Counted from the first letter of the stretch, positions 28,968-41,907 are shown. The stretch: DNA of 64,000 nt from Planctomycetota bacterium (GCA_036479435.1 JAZGFI010000090.1:1-64000), one strand, 5' to 3'. Notes: generated by a model from the sequence alone, not told the origin. Numbers and translations: made by a program.

Positions 28968-29936
28968 CTATGGTGTCGCGATCCAGGGGATACGAATCTC
29001 GCTTGCCACCACGATGTTCGTCTTAACCCTCATAGTCGCGCCGCTGAGATCCGCAGTTTTGACTCGGCCGGTGATGCTTGCCTTGATCACGCCGTTTTTC
29101 TCCTTGCCGATTTGCACTTGCAACAGGCGGTGTCCGGCGCTGTAGCTCGTAATCTCAATAGCCATGCCATCTCGATGCTGGAAGCTGAGTTCAAGCTCGA
29201 CATCTTGAGTTGTGACTGATGCGTCATAGGGCAAGTGAGTTCGCGACACCGAGATGATACCCCGCACCACGCCGACCAGGGGAATCTGGATGTCGCCGTA
29301 GGGATGCCTGGGGTCGCTGTTCAAAAGCAACTTGCTGCCGAAAGCCCCGAGGCGATGGTCTCCACGGAACGAGATTTCAATTTTCGCTTCCCCGGGGGAA
29401 GAGCCCGCAAGCTGGCCTCGGACGCGATCATCACCGGCTGGAATGTTGGTGATCTTGATGGGCGCCTCGCGGCGCGGTTTCACGGTGACAATGCGCTTTA
29501 CGGTCTCGCCAAACTCGACATTGCCAAAGTCGACGGTCGCGGGCTCGAGAGTGTAGGGCTCTCGGAGAGTGCCCTCGAAACTGAGGACCAGTGGTTCCGC
29601 ATTACTTTTGGCGTGGAGGATAATTGACTTTTTGAAGGGGCCTGGAGCCAAGTCCAGCCGAAGCGTTACCTCGAGAGTCGTCGAAGTGCCGGGTTTGAGA
29701 TCCTTGGTGCTGAGTCGGGCCTTTGAGCAACCACAGGTGAGTTCGGTGCGATCGATCTTAAGCTCTGAGGACCCCGAGTTGGTGATCTTGTAGCGGACAT
29801 CGAGGCGGGCACCGACCTCCAGGACGCCGAGGTCGTGATTTGGCATGTCGCAGGCGAATCTGCCCGCGCCTTCATTGTCGCCGCATCCGACGGTGCACAG
29901 AACGATGAGGCCGATGGTAACGAAGAGCCTGTTCAT
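28968..29936 (-). CDS. DUF1573 domain (Ig-like) lipoprotein
   Basis: Lipobox-like LCTVGC; ITNSGSSELKI...TCGCS...LKPG motif, followed by a second Ig-like unit (VDFGNV). Confidence 0.8.
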   Translation of the reverse strand: MNRLFVTIGLIVLCTVGCGDNEGAGRFACDMPNHDLGVLEVGARLDVRYKITNSGSSELKIDRTELTCGCSKARLSTKDLKPGTSTTLEVTLRLDLAPGPFKKSIILHAKSNAEPLVLSFEGTLREPYTLEPATVDFGNVEFGETVKRIVTVKPRREAPIKITNIPAGDDRVRGQLAGSSPGEAKIEISFRGDHRLGAFGSKLLLNSDPRHPYGDIQIPLVGVVRGIISVSRTHLPYDASVTTQDVELELSFQHRDGMAIEITSYSAGHRLLQVQIGKEKNGVIKASITGRVKTADLSGATMRVKTNIVVASEIRIPWIATP

Positions 29937-30033
29937 CCCCTGAATTCCCTGCTTGTTCAATGAAGAGAAGGCCACAATTGCCGGGTCCGATGGCGCCGTG
30001 GTAACCTGCGGGCGGACCCTGACGAATCCGATA

Positions 30034-30705
30034 GTGGGCGAAGCTTTGGCAACCCTGTCTGCGACCATACTAAGCCAAGCCGCTTGGGAACAACTTGAAG
30101 CGAATTGTGAACGCCTCGGTGGCCCGCATTCGCGCATCCGTCGTCGCGCTGACGGCAAGCTCATCAAGATCTTTCCACGGCGGAACGACTCGATGGCGAA
30201 GGTCGCCGCGCAGGCCCAAGATTTCGTCCGTAACTCCGCTCGTCTGCGCGCGCTCGGTTTTTCTTGCCCCGTTGTTGACGAGTTGATCCACGTCGACGAG
30301 TCTTTCGCCTTCGTGGTCTACACGCCAATTCCCGGTGATTCCTTTCGCGAGTGGGTCGAGCGCGAAGGTTCGGCTGAACTCGACCGGCTGCCTCAGTACT
30401 TTGCGAACTTGCATTGCGTCGGTGTTTACTTTCGAGGCGGCCATTTGGGCAATCTGGTGAGAGAGTCGGGCTCAGGAATTGGATTGATTGACTTCTCTGA
30501 CGTGCGATTTGCCGGCGGCTCCTTGGGGCCTTGGAAAAGGGCGAGGAATCTTGCTCACTTACTGGGGCACCGTTTGGATGGCGAAACCATCAAGCGCTAC
30601 GGCTATCGCCGCTTCATCGATGCTTACGCTGAAATCGCTGGTATTCGCGGATTTGCAAGGCGGCGTATGGCATGGTTCTTGCGGCGCCGCGTCGGGAAGT
30701 ATTGA
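30034..30705 (+). CDS. Kdo/WaaP/InaA-like lipopolysaccharide kinase family protein
   Basis: IKIF, LHCVGVYFRGGHLGNL, LIDFSD and RARNL kinase-like motifs; start uncertain. Confidence 0.7.
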   Translation: MGEALATLSATILSQAAWEQLEANCERLGGPHSRIRRRADGKLIKIFPRRNDSMAKVAAQAQDFVRNSARLRALGFSCPVVDELIHVDESFAFVVYTPIPGDSFREWVEREGSAELDRLPQYFANLHCVGVYFRGGHLGNLVRESGSGIGLIDFSDVRFAGGSLGPWKRARNLAHLLGHRLDGETIKRYGYRRFIDAYAEIAGIRGFARRRMAWFLRRRVGKY

Positions 30706-30752
30706 ATCGCAGTTCGCTGTTATCATGAGTCCAGCGAGTGAGTGGAGCCTAA

Positions 30753-32756
30753 ATGCCTGCGTTCAAGATTGAGAGCGAGTATCAGCCGACGGGCGACCAA
30801 CCCGCGGCGATTGCTGCCTTGTGCAAAGGCATCGAAAAAGGCGAGCGCGAGCAGACGCTCCTGGGGGTAACCGGATCAGGTAAGACCTTTACCATCGCTC
30901 ACGTCATTCAAAAAGTGCAGCGACCAGCGCTCGTCTTAGCTCCGAACAAAACCTTGGCGGCCCAGCTTTTCACCGAGTTCAGGGATCTTTTCCCCGATAA
31001 TGCCGTTGGCTATTTTGTTTCCTACTACGACTATTTCCAGCCGGAGGCCTACGTTCCCTCTAGCGACACCTACATCGCAAAAGACTCGGCGATCAACGAT
31101 CAGATCGACCGACTTCGGCATGCTGCAACTCATTCCCTCTTGACGAGGCGCGATGTCATCATCGTCGCGTCCGTGTCTTGTATCTACGGCATTGGTTCGC
31201 CTTCTTCCTACGCGACCATGAGTGTCGAGATCCGGCAGGACGAAGAGATGGATCGGGACGAACTGCTGCGGCGACTGATCACCATGCAGTATGTGCGCAA
31301 TGATTTTGCGCCAAAGCGGGGGAGTTTTCGTGCCCGCGGTGATGTTGTTGAGGTCTTCCCGGCCTATTCCGATGATCGGATCCTGCGCGTGGAGCTTTTT
31401 GGCGATACGGTCGAGCAGATTGTCGAGATTGACGCCGTCACCGGTGAGGTTCTGCAAGATCTCCGCGCCATTGTGATTCACCCTGCCAGCCACTACGTGA
31501 CGCCCCAGGAAAATCTCAAGCGGGCCATCGTCACCATCGACGCCGAAAAGGAAGAAGCGGTCGAGGCTTTTCGAAAACGCGGACGTCTGCTCGAAGCGCA
31601 GCGCCTGGAGATGCGAACCAACCTCGATCTTGAGCTTCTTCAGGAACTCGGCACCTGTTCGGGGATTGAGAACTACAGCCGTCATTTGGATGGCCGCCAG
31701 CCCAGCACACCTCCGGCGACACTCTTGGACTTTTTTCCCGACGACTTCATCACTTTCGTGGACGAGAGCCATGTCACCGTGCCGCAATCTGGTGGCATGT
31801 ATAAAGGCGACCGCAGCCGCAAATCGACCCTGGTGGAACACGGGTTCCGGCTGCCGAGTGCTCTCGACAATCGCCCGCTTATGTTCGAGGAGTTTGAAAA
31901 GCGACGGAAACAAATCATCTACGTCTCCGCGACCCCCGGCGACTACGAAGTGGCTCAATCCAAGGGTGTTACCGCCGAACAGATCATTCGACCGACGGGC
32001 CTTCTAGACCCCGAAGTGGAGATTCGCCCGGCGACCGGTCAGATCGATGACCTCTTGGGGCAGCTTCATCGAGAGATCGAACGCAAGGGCAAAGTCTTGG
32101 TGACGTCGCTGACGAAAAAGATGGCGGAGAACATCACCGAGTACTATCGAGACCTTGGCCTACGCATCCGGTACTTGCACAGCGACATTGAGACTTTGGA
32201 ACGTCACGCGATCATTCGCAGCCTGCGGCTCGATGAGTTCGATGTACTCGTTGGCATCAACTTGCTGCGCGAGGGTTTGGACATCCCTGAAGTGACCTTG
32301 GTCGCCATCTTGGATGCAGACAAGGAGGGGTTTTTGCGGTCTCGGCGTTCTTTGATCCAGACCATTGGGCGGGCGTCCAGAAATGTCGATGGCCGTGTTA
32401 TTTTGTTTGCCGACAAAAAGACCGACTCGATGAAGGCGGCGCTCGACGAAACGGATCGGCGGCGCGAGATTCAACGGGCGCACAACAAAAAGCATGGCAT
32501 CACGCCCACAACGATCAAAAAGAACGTGCAAGACTTGCTCGAGTCGGTGTTCAATGCGGACTACGTCACGATTGATATCTCGACCGACAAAGTGGAGACC
32601 AGCCGGAACCCGAGGGACCGTGAAAAGATCCCTCAGATTATCGAGGAGTTGCGCGAGCGCATGTTTAAGTATGCGCAAGAGACCAAGTTTGAGGATGCTG
32701 CCGACCTGCGGGATCAGATCAAACGCTTGGAGAAAGCGCAGCTGGAAGAGGTCTGA
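30753..32756 (+). CDS. uvrB: Excinuclease ABC subunit B
   Basis: [38 protein letters not shown] and a C-terminal UVR domain. Confidence 0.99.
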   Translation: MPAFKIESEYQPTGDQPAAIAALCKGIEKGEREQTLLGVTGSGKTFTIAHVIQKVQRPALVLAPNKTLAAQLFTEFRDLFPDNAVGYFVSYYDYFQPEAYVPSSDTYIAKDSAINDQIDRLRHAATHSLLTRRDVIIVASVSCIYGIGSPSSYATMSVEIRQDEEMDRDELLRRLITMQYVRNDFAPKRGSFRARGDVVEVFPAYSDDRILRVELFGDTVEQIVEIDAVTGEVLQDLRAIVIHPASHYVTPQENLKRAIVTIDAEKEEAVEAFRKRGRLLEAQRLEMRTNLDLELLQELGTCSGIENYSRHLDGRQPSTPPATLLDFFPDDFITFVDESHVTVPQSGGMYKGDRSRKSTLVEHGFRLPSALDNRPLMFEEFEKRRKQIIYVSATPGDYEVAQSKGVTAEQIIRPTGLLDPEVEIRPATGQIDDLLGQLHREIERKGKVLVTSLTKKMAENITEYYRDLGLRIRYLHSDIETLERHAIIRSLRLDEFDVLVGINLLREGLDIPEVTLVAILDADKEGFLRSRRSLIQTIGRASRNVDGRVILFADKKTDSMKAALDETDRRREIQRAHNKKHGITPTTIKKNVQDLLESVFNADYVTIDISTDKVETSRNPRDREKIPQIIEELRERMFKYAQETKFEDAADLRDQIKRLEKAQLEEV

Positions 32757-34639
32757 TGCCTGCTCTTGAGTTCGAGCTAGCCAAAGTCAAGAATTTCCCG
32801 ACCGAACCCGGCTGCTACATCTTCACTGGCAAAAAAAACGAGATCCTCTACGTCGGCAAAGCGGTCAATTTGCGCAGTCGCGTACGTTCTTATTTCAACA
32901 AGAATCAAGACGACCGTTTGGTCACGCGCTATCTGCACCTTTATGCCGCCCGCATGGACTTCGTGGTGACGGGCACTGAAAAAGACGCTCTGATCCTCGA
33001 AAATAGTCTGATCAAAAAGCACAAGCCTCGCTTCAACGTGAGGCTGACCGATGACAAGACCTACTTTAGTCTTCGGATTGATCTCAACGAGCCTTGGCCT
33101 TGGCTCACGATTGTTCGCAAGCGTCGAAAAAAAGAAGGCGTGCTCTTTTTCGGCCCCTATCCTTCGGCTTCGGCGTGTCGGGGCACCCTGCAGTTTCTAA
33201 ACAAGATCTTTCCGCTGCGAACTTGCAAAGACTCTGTGCTTCTCAATCGCATTCGGCCCTGCATTAGTTACGAGATCAAGCGTTGTGTCGCCCCCTGTGT
33301 CGACTACATCGAACGCGCTGAGTACATGAAGATTGTCGAGCAGACCTTGCAGTTTCTGAAGGGCAAGAACCAAGGGCTAATTCGCGACCTGAAGCAGAAG
33401 ATGAAGGAGGCTTCGGAGTCTTTGGATTTCGAGGCGGCCGCGCTCTTGAGAGATCGCATTCAAGCCATCAACACAACCATCGAGAACCCGCGAGTCACCA
33501 AAAATATCAACCGTTCCTTTGATGTCGTGGGGCTGTACACAACTCCCGAAGAGGTGTCGCTAACGGTCTTGTTCATTCGCGACGGCGTCCTGTCTTCGAG
33601 CGCTTCCTTTCGTTTTGAGCCTTTGTTCGAAATCGATGAGTTGCTGAGGACTTTTCTCGGTCAGTTCTACGGCGAGCACCGTGCCGCACCCGAAGAGGTC
33701 ATCTTGCCCGAGATACCTGCGGACTCGGAGCTGATTGAATCGACCCTGTCGGATCGGGAGCACCGGCGCGTTGAGTTGATCGTTCCGGAGCGTGGCGAGA
33801 AGAAGAAGTTGCTGCGACTCGCCGAGCGAAACGCCGAGCACGCTTGGATTCAGCGCAACGAAGACCAGAACAAGACTCAGCAGACTCTCCAAAAGCTTCG
33901 CCACGATTTGCAGCTCGTGCGCCTTCCGCGCCGAATCGAGTGTTTTGATGTTTCCAACTTGATGGGGCGTCATGTCGTTGCGTCTTGCGTGGCCTTTACG
34001 GCGGGGCGGCCGGACAAGGCGCGCTATCGGCGCTACAAGATTCGCACGGTCGAAGGTCAGGACGATTTCGCCAGCATGGCGGAGATCTTGGAGCGTCGCC
34101 TGCTGCGAGGCCTGAAAGAGGATGATCTTCCCGACCTCATGGTTATTGACGGCGGCAAGGGGCAGTTGAACGCAGTCAATGAAGTTTTTCGCCGGCTCAA
34201 GATCGACCGCGTGGACCTGATATCCTTGGCGAAAGCTCGAGAGGAAAAGGTCGGGACTTCGGTGCTTCGCAGCAAAGAGCGGGTCTTCAAGCCGGGTGAA
34301 GAGATACCTATTGTGTTGAATCAAAGCTCCGACGAGATGATGCTGCTGATTCAGGTACGCAACGAGGCCCACCGTTTTGCAATCACTTATCATCGTCACC
34401 TTCGCGGCAAGGCACAGATGACCAGCATCCTGGAGATGGTGCCGGGCATCGGCAAACAGAGAGCGCGTGCCCTTTTGAAAAACTTGGGATCGATCGCGGC
34501 TGTCCGCGAAGCTGATTCGGAAACCTTGGAAGCGTTGCCTGGGATCACGCCACAGATCATTGAGGGCTTAAGGCAGTTTTTTGAAACCAAAGGAAACCTA
34601 CCCGAAGACCCGAGCCTTCGCGAAGATGATGAAGGCTGA
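32756..34639 (+). CDS. uvrC: Excinuclease ABC subunit C
   Basis: GIY-YIG (PGCY..YVGKAVNLR), Cys cluster, RIECFDVSN, IDGGKGQL, EAHRFA and HhH; TGATG overlap with uvrB. Confidence 0.98.
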   Translation: MPALEFELAKVKNFPTEPGCYIFTGKKNEILYVGKAVNLRSRVRSYFNKNQDDRLVTRYLHLYAARMDFVVTGTEKDALILENSLIKKHKPRFNVRLTDDKTYFSLRIDLNEPWPWLTIVRKRRKKEGVLFFGPYPSASACRGTLQFLNKIFPLRTCKDSVLLNRIRPCISYEIKRCVAPCVDYIERAEYMKIVEQTLQFLKGKNQGLIRDLKQKMKEASESLDFEAAALLRDRIQAINTTIENPRVTKNINRSFDVVGLYTTPEEVSLTVLFIRDGVLSSSASFRFEPLFEIDELLRTFLGQFYGEHRAAPEEVILPEIPADSELIESTLSDREHRRVELIVPERGEKKKLLRLAERNAEHAWIQRNEDQNKTQQTLQKLRHDLQLVRLPRRIECFDVSNLMGRHVVASCVAFTAGRPDKARYRRYKIRTVEGQDDFASMAEILERRLLRGLKEDDLPDLMVIDGGKGQLNAVNEVFRRLKIDRVDLISLAKAREEKVGTSVLRSKERVFKPGEEIPIVLNQSSDEMMLLIQVRNEAHRFAITYHRHLRGKAQMTSILEMVPGIGKQRARALLKNLGSIAAVREADSETLEALPGITPQIIEGLRQFFETKGNLPEDPSLREDDEG

Positions 34640-34702
34640 GTTTAGGTTTGAAAGGGTGGTGGCTTTGGTCTGACGCGAACGTTCAGGGTTTGCGGGGTGG
34701 GG

Positions 34703-34942
34703 CTAGGGGAAGGTGGGGACCGCGCTGAGGTCTAGGGCCTCGAGGAGGGCGGGGAGGCGCTCGATGAAGGGGGCGAGGTCGCCGCTGGGGCCGATGATGA
34801 CGAGCTTGTTGCCGTTTTGGACGACGGCGTTTCCTTGGCCTTTGAGATCGAGGGGGATGGAGACGGCTTCGCGGTCGATACCCAAGTCATCGGTGACTTC
34901 TAGGGCGAGGCGACTTAGGTCTTTGAATTTCTGAAGGTCCAA
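34703..34942 (-). CDS. Small hypothetical protein
   Basis: 79 aa, protein-like composition, 4 nt downstream of the FHA gene; TTG start. Confidence 0.6.
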   Translation of the reverse strand: MDLQKFKDLSRLALEVTDDLGIDREAVSIPLDLKGQGNAVVQNGNKLVIIGPSGDLAPFIERLPALLEALDLSAVPTFP

Positions 34943-34946
34943 AGTC

Positions 34947-35546
34947 TTAGCGTCCCGCTACGTAATCTTGAAGGAACCAAAACACCAAACCGACGAAGAG
35001 CAGCACACCTCCGACCAACAGGAATTTTCCGAAACCATCGGCTTGGCCGAGGTCCTGCCCGAAGAGACCTGCTTTTTTGGCCCCTTTATTGGCGTAGCGG
35101 CTGAAGGACAGGTTTTTCTCTTTGACCGGGGCGAGGGCTTTTTTGCCACTGCCAAAATCAAGGTCGCGGGAGGAGACTGAGACTGGTCGCGGGCTCGGGC
35201 GGTTGGGAACCGCAGGATTAGGCCGGGCCGTCTCACCGAGGGACGGCGCCGGGTCCGTCTCGTCATCAGCGACGAAGCTGAACTCCGTCTCGCCGACCAA
35301 AAGGTGATCGTCGTCGGTCAAACGCTCGCGCTCGACCTTCTCGCCGTTGAGTTCGGTGCCGTTTCGGCTGCCCAGGTCTTCGACCCACCAGCGGTCGTCA
35401 TCGCGCCAAATCCGCGTGTGCTCGCGGGACATGGTCTTGTCTTCGACGGTAATGAGATTGGTCGCCAAACGACCAATACTCTGGTCGTCCTGCAATTCGA
35501 ATTCGCGCCCCCGGTGAGGGCCGCTGACGACCACCAGTCTGGCCAT
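34947..35546 (-). CDS. FHA domain protein with C-terminal TM anchor
   Basis: IGR, SREH and DLGSRNGT FHA motifs; hydrophobic C-terminus. Confidence 0.93.
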   Translation of the reverse strand: MARLVVVSGPHRGREFELQDDQSIGRLATNLITVEDKTMSREHTRIWRDDDRWWVEDLGSRNGTELNGEKVERERLTDDDHLLVGETEFSFVADDETDPAPSLGETARPNPAVPNRPSPRPVSVSSRDLDFGSGKKALAPVKEKNLSFSRYANKGAKKAGLFGQDLGQADGFGKFLLVGGVLLFVGLVFWFLQDYVAGR

Positions 35547-35653
35547 GCTATGATTCCTCGCGTTCGCAAGTTAAGGCCACCACCGTCGTCGCGATAAACG
35601 GACGAGCGCTATTGTTGGGCGGCGGCAGTGTAACAGTCAAAGGGGCTAGTGCG

Positions 35654-36514
35654 ATGAGTGCACAAAAAGTCGGCACCGTTGCCTTGGAGACGATCGCTCT
35701 GGGGCGCAGTTATCCCCGCCGCGATCCCAAAGATCCCGAATATGCGCTCGATGGACTCAATCTTAGGCTTTGTGGCGGTGAGGCCGTCGTCTTGGCCGGG
35801 GGCAATGGTGCGGGGAAGAGCACGGCTTTGAGGTTGATCGCTGGTTTGGAAATGCCCGATCGCGGCCGCGTTCGGATTTTCGGTCGGTCGCCCCGGTCCA
35901 TGGTGGCCCGCCGGCGAACCGGCTACTTGCCGGATCAAAGCGAACTGTTTCCTTTTCTGGATTGGCGTGAGACTCTAGATTTCTTCGCGGCAATCTCTGA
36001 CGTCGCACGGCCCGAGGCCAAGCGCCGCGCCGATGCTTGGGGCGAGCGCTTTGGGCTGACGGACTACGGGCGAAAACGGGTGCGGGCCTTTTCGATGGGT
36101 ATGCGGCGCAGGCTCGGCTTGGCGGCCGTGTTGATGAGCGAACCGGAGTTGTTGCTGCTGGACGAGCCGATCTCAGGACTTGATCCTGAGGGGATGCGTC
36201 TTTTCAACGAAGTGATGGCCGAGCAGAAAGCTCGCGGGACGGCCTTGTTGTTGTCCTCACATCACCTTGGGCAGGCCGAGACTTTTTGCGATCGGATCGT
36301 CGCGTTGCGGCGAGGCAAGGTCGTCTCCGAGGGAAGGATTGCGGACCTCGGGCAGACGCTCGGCGCGCATGACTTCACCGTATCTGGTTTGGATCAAGAG
36401 GGCTTGGAAGCCCTCATGGCGCGAGCCGAAGAACTCGGCGCTGAGCTTAGCTCACCCCGCGTTGCGGAATCGGCTTTGGAAGACCTCCTGGTTCGCGGTG
36501 ACGACGAGGCATGA
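35654..36514 (+). CDS. ABC transporter ATP-binding protein (ABC-2 type)
   Basis: Walker A GGNGAGKS, signature FSMGM, Walker B LLLLDEP, H-loop SSH. Confidence 0.93.
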   Translation: MSAQKVGTVALETIALGRSYPRRDPKDPEYALDGLNLRLCGGEAVVLAGGNGAGKSTALRLIAGLEMPDRGRVRIFGRSPRSMVARRRTGYLPDQSELFPFLDWRETLDFFAAISDVARPEAKRRADAWGERFGLTDYGRKRVRAFSMGMRRRLGLAAVLMSEPELLLLDEPISGLDPEGMRLFNEVMAEQKARGTALLLSSHHLGQAETFCDRIVALRRGKVVSEGRIADLGQTLGAHDFTVSGLDQEGLEALMARAEELGAELSSPRVAESALEDLLVRGDDEA

Positions 36515-37755
36515 AGGAAAAGCTCTCAAGCCTTGCGGAACCTAGCCTTTTTCGGGGTATTTGGCGCGGCATGCGGGCGCTGGCCGCGAACACCCTGCGT
36601 GAGGAATTGCGCAGTCGGACTTTTTTGGTCTACGTCGTGTTGTTCTTGGTCTTCATGGGCGTCTACCGCGTCGGTTTTGGCAACGAACAGCGAATCGGCG
36701 TCGCTCGTTTTTTGGACTACGCCTACAGCGGCATGTCCGCGCTGTTGCTTCTCGCCGCCGCTTTCACCGCGATTTCATTCAAGCAGCCGGGCCGTCTCGG
36801 CGGAGCTACGACGGAAGAAGTACGGCGCACCCTGGGTGCCGCCGCTTGGTTTTGGGGACGGCTTTGCGGCGTGGTGTTGGCTTTGGTTGCGCTGGCCTTC
36901 GTCTTGGGCGCGATCGTGATCATCCACTACATGGCGCGTTTTGGCGATGCGAAAGGTGAGATCGTCCAGTTGCGCGATCGCTATCTTTCTACTTCCTTTG
37001 AAAGCGCCAGCCACCCCATCTTCGTTCGCGACGTCGGCGACGAGGTTGAACTCGATTTTGCTATGCCCGCCGGTAACTTGGCAGGGCTTGAAGCGACATT
37101 CTCACCGCGGCTCGCCGTCATGAAAGAGGGCGGGGGAGTCCGTTCGAGTTACCCGGTCGGGATTCGGGTCTTTGACCCCGACCGCCTCGATGGCGGCTTA
37201 GATCAAAGTCTTGTGGTGCACCTCCACCGCGGCAAGAGTCGGCGTTTCAGCGTCGACCTTGAGGGAGTTCCACGGCCGGACCGACTCAAAGTTGTGGTTC
37301 GCAAGATTCACGCCGAGTATCTCATTCGCATGCAGCGCGAAGACCTTGAGCTCATTGGGCGCGAGCGGTCGTTCTTCGCCAACCTCTTAGAGGCCGCGCT
37401 CATGGTGGCGCTTTATGCCTCGGTTTTAGCCGCGCTCTTGCAATTTATTGCGGGCTACTTGCCCTGGGGCGTCTCCCTCTTGGCGGCCTTGGGGCTGTTG
37501 GTGTTGGCGAGTTCTTACTCGGTGGTTGAGTTGGGCTTACTTCACGAATGGAGTCCGTTTTGGCGTCTTGCAACCTTGGAAGGTGCTAAAGCCATCTTGC
37601 CGGATTTTGGCGACTACGACGCGGCGACTCACCTCAGCCGCGGTCGAGCGGTGGGAGGGCGGCTCTTGGCGTCGTTGGTTCTCCGGGTTCTGGGTACTGG
37701 TTTCCTCGCGGGTCTTGTGAACGGATTTCTTGACCGCAGAAGAGCGCGATCATGA
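36511..37755 (+). CDS. ABC-2-like permease with a large extracytoplasmic insert
   Basis: ALAANTLREELRSR N-terminus, about 6 TM segments, ATGA overlap with the ATPase gene. Confidence 0.7.
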   Translation: MKEKLSSLAEPSLFRGIWRGMRALAANTLREELRSRTFLVYVVLFLVFMGVYRVGFGNEQRIGVARFLDYAYSGMSALLLLAAAFTAISFKQPGRLGGATTEEVRRTLGAAAWFWGRLCGVVLALVALAFVLGAIVIIHYMARFGDAKGEIVQLRDRYLSTSFESASHPIFVRDVGDEVELDFAMPAGNLAGLEATFSPRLAVMKEGGGVRSSYPVGIRVFDPDRLDGGLDQSLVVHLHRGKSRRFSVDLEGVPRPDRLKVVVRKIHAEYLIRMQREDLELIGRERSFFANLLEAALMVALYASVLAALLQFIAGYLPWGVSLLAALGLLVLASSYSVVELGLLHEWSPFWRLATLEGAKAILPDFGDYDAATHLSRGRAVGGRLLASLVLRVLGTGFLAGLVNGFLDRRRARS

Positions 37756-39032
37756 GGGCTCAGATCCCGCGTGTCGTCGCGTTACTGTTGATCCTGTTGG
37801 CTTTGGGCTGGTCGCGTTCAAGGCTAATCGACAAGCAAGGTGCCGATGGCGCGCTACACCATCGTGATGCCCCGAATAGCTTTTTTTCTGTGTTCGCCTT
37901 CGGCGGCTTCAAGCCAATGTTCCTGGAGTATCTGTGGACGAAGGCTGACGCTTTGGCTCGCGAGGAGCGCTGGTGGGAAGTCATCGACGTCTACCAGCGC
38001 ATCGCCCGGCTCGACCCCCAAAATCCGCGGGCGTGGTTCGCCCAGGGCTACTCGATGACCTACAACCTTGGACAGTTCGAGCCCGACGATCGGGAGCGCT
38101 GGCGTCTTTATCGGCGCGCGCTCAATCATCTTGAACGCGGACTGAAAGAGAATCCCAACGATTGGAATTTGATGGAGCTACGCTTCAACGTCTATTTTCG
38201 CCATATCGCGCCCGACCCTTACTTGAACGAGCACGCTCGCCTCAATCTCGGCAACGACGGCATGGAAGGCGCCCTTCGCTCGGCTTTGGCCATGCGCGAG
38301 GCTTTTCCCGAGCGCCTAAGCGCCTGGGATATAGAGCGGATCGCGGTGGAGGAGTCAACCGAGTGGTTGATGAATCGAGGCCGCCTCAGTGACGCCGCCG
38401 AGCTTTTGGATTTACTCCAGGTGAGTGGCAATAAGGCGAGAGAGCAGTTCCCCCGCGAAGCGGACATTCCCCGCGCCCTCCGCGCCTGGGCTGCATGGGC
38501 GTCCCTGCTGCGCCGCACCGACTCAATGGCGAATTGGGCCGCGATTCGTGGGGGCCAAGCGCCCTCAGAGGCGTCTGAGGCCGCGATGTTGGCGGTTCTC
38601 GAAGATCTGGGGTCCTTGGCCCAAAGGCCCATGACCTTGGTGTGGGAGTCGGACGTTGAGTATTTTGACGCCGCCGCGTATTCTCTTATCCAGTTTAAGG
38701 GTATGGAGTTAGCGCAGTTGTTTGCCCTGGCGAAAATGCCCGACTCCGCCTTGAGGCTCTCCGCAGGGGTGGCTAAATTGGCGCGCCTGCCCGGGGGCGA
38801 GATCGGGCCTCGAATGCCGTATTACACCGAGGTTTACGTCGCCAGCTTCCGAGCCTTGCTCGATGCCGACCAAGCCTTTCGAAGTCGGCCCTCCGATCCG
38901 CCTCGTCCCCCCAAGGAATCATTTGCACGGCTCCAAAAAGCCGGCGAAGAACTCGACCGTCTCGTGAAGGAACGAGCGGGCAAAAGTGATGGCTTCGTCC
39001 GTCGCTTTTTGAATTCTCGTCGCGGGCCGTAA
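37752..39032 (+). CDS. TPR-like membrane-anchored protein of the ABC operon
   Basis: N-terminal TM; FGGFKPMFLEYLW...LDPQNPRAW...YNL...LERGLKENP; ATGA overlap. Confidence 0.75.
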   Translation: MRAQIPRVVALLLILLALGWSRSRLIDKQGADGALHHRDAPNSFFSVFAFGGFKPMFLEYLWTKADALAREERWWEVIDVYQRIARLDPQNPRAWFAQGYSMTYNLGQFEPDDRERWRLYRRALNHLERGLKENPNDWNLMELRFNVYFRHIAPDPYLNEHARLNLGNDGMEGALRSALAMREAFPERLSAWDIERIAVEESTEWLMNRGRLSDAAELLDLLQVSGNKAREQFPREADIPRALRAWAAWASLLRRTDSMANWAAIRGGQAPSEASEAAMLAVLEDLGSLAQRPMTLVWESDVEYFDAAAYSLIQFKGMELAQLFALAKMPDSALRLSAGVAKLARLPGGEIGPRMPYYTEVYVASFRALLDADQAFRSRPSDPPRPPKESFARLQKAGEELDRLVKERAGKSDGFVRRFLNSRRGP

Positions 39033-39112
39033 GCTAGCTGCCGCTTCGGCAGTGAGGTGGAACCACACGCGAGCGTCTAGGCGCATCGCCATGAAACTGG
39101 GAAAGTGGAAAC

Positions 39113-41245
<2,133 letters not shown>

Positions 41246-41300
41246 TCGGCTCGTCTGAGAGCGGTTCTCGGGCCGCTCTCAGAGCCCAAATTTGCAAGAA

Positions 41301-41346
41301 AACGGGGCGCTTCGAGATGCTGATTCTCGATGCGCCCCGTTCTTTC
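41301..41346 (+). terminator. Intrinsic terminator after hppA
   Basis: aacggggcgc.tcgaga...tctcga.gcgccccgtt followed by cttt; a second hairpin precedes it at ~41254-41283. Confidence 0.7.
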
Positions 41347-41421
41347 GTACTATCCTCGACGCGTTAGCATGGCAGCTACCAAGAACCCAAGAGACGAGGA
41401 GCCCTCCTAGGTGGAGGACCC

Positions 41422-41814
41422 ATGGAAAGCAAAGAAACCAAAGTTGCGCTGAATCTCTCTCCGGCCGCCCGCGCGCACCGGCTGGGTGATCTCATGCTTG
41501 AGAAAAAAGCACGTGACCTCGTCGTTATCGAGATCGACAAGATCTCTAGCCTCGCGGACTACATCGTGATTGCCACCGTCGACAACAGTCGCCAACTCAA
41601 AGCCGTCGCCCAAGACCTTGACGAAGCCATGAAGGAAGAGGGCGCGCCAAGGCTCGGCATCGAGGGTAGAGATCAAGCCTGGTGGGTGCTGCTCGATTTC
41701 GGCGATGTGATTGTGCACCTCATGCAAGCCGAAGCGCGAGAATTCTACGATCTCGAACAGCTTTGGGCCGATGGAGAGATCGTTCGTCGTTCCGATGACG
41801 ACGGCACCGTCTAA
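41422..41814 (+). CDS. rsfS: Ribosome silencing factor RsfS (Iojap)
   Basis: EKKARD, ADYIVIAT, WVLLDFGDVIVHLM...REFYDLEQLW; GGAGG RBS. Confidence 0.96.
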   Translation: MESKETKVALNLSPAARAHRLGDLMLEKKARDLVVIEIDKISSLADYIVIATVDNSRQLKAVAQDLDEAMKEEGAPRLGIEGRDQAWWVLLDFGDVIVHLMQAEAREFYDLEQLWADGEIVRRSDDDGTV

Positions 41815-41828
41815 TAGGTCCTAACTCC

Positions 41829-41907
41829 CGGTCTTGCTCGCTCGGCCTATCTAGATGCCGAGCGGTCTTACCCGCTGGGCATCTAGATAGGCCGAGCGGT
41901 CTTACTC
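41829..41907. repeat. REP/BIME-like mosaic: two inverted palindromic units and three linkers, 34-bp period
   Basis: 21-bp perfect inverted repeat 41839-41859 / 41878-41898; cggtctt recurs at 41829, 41863 and 41897. Confidence 0.8.
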
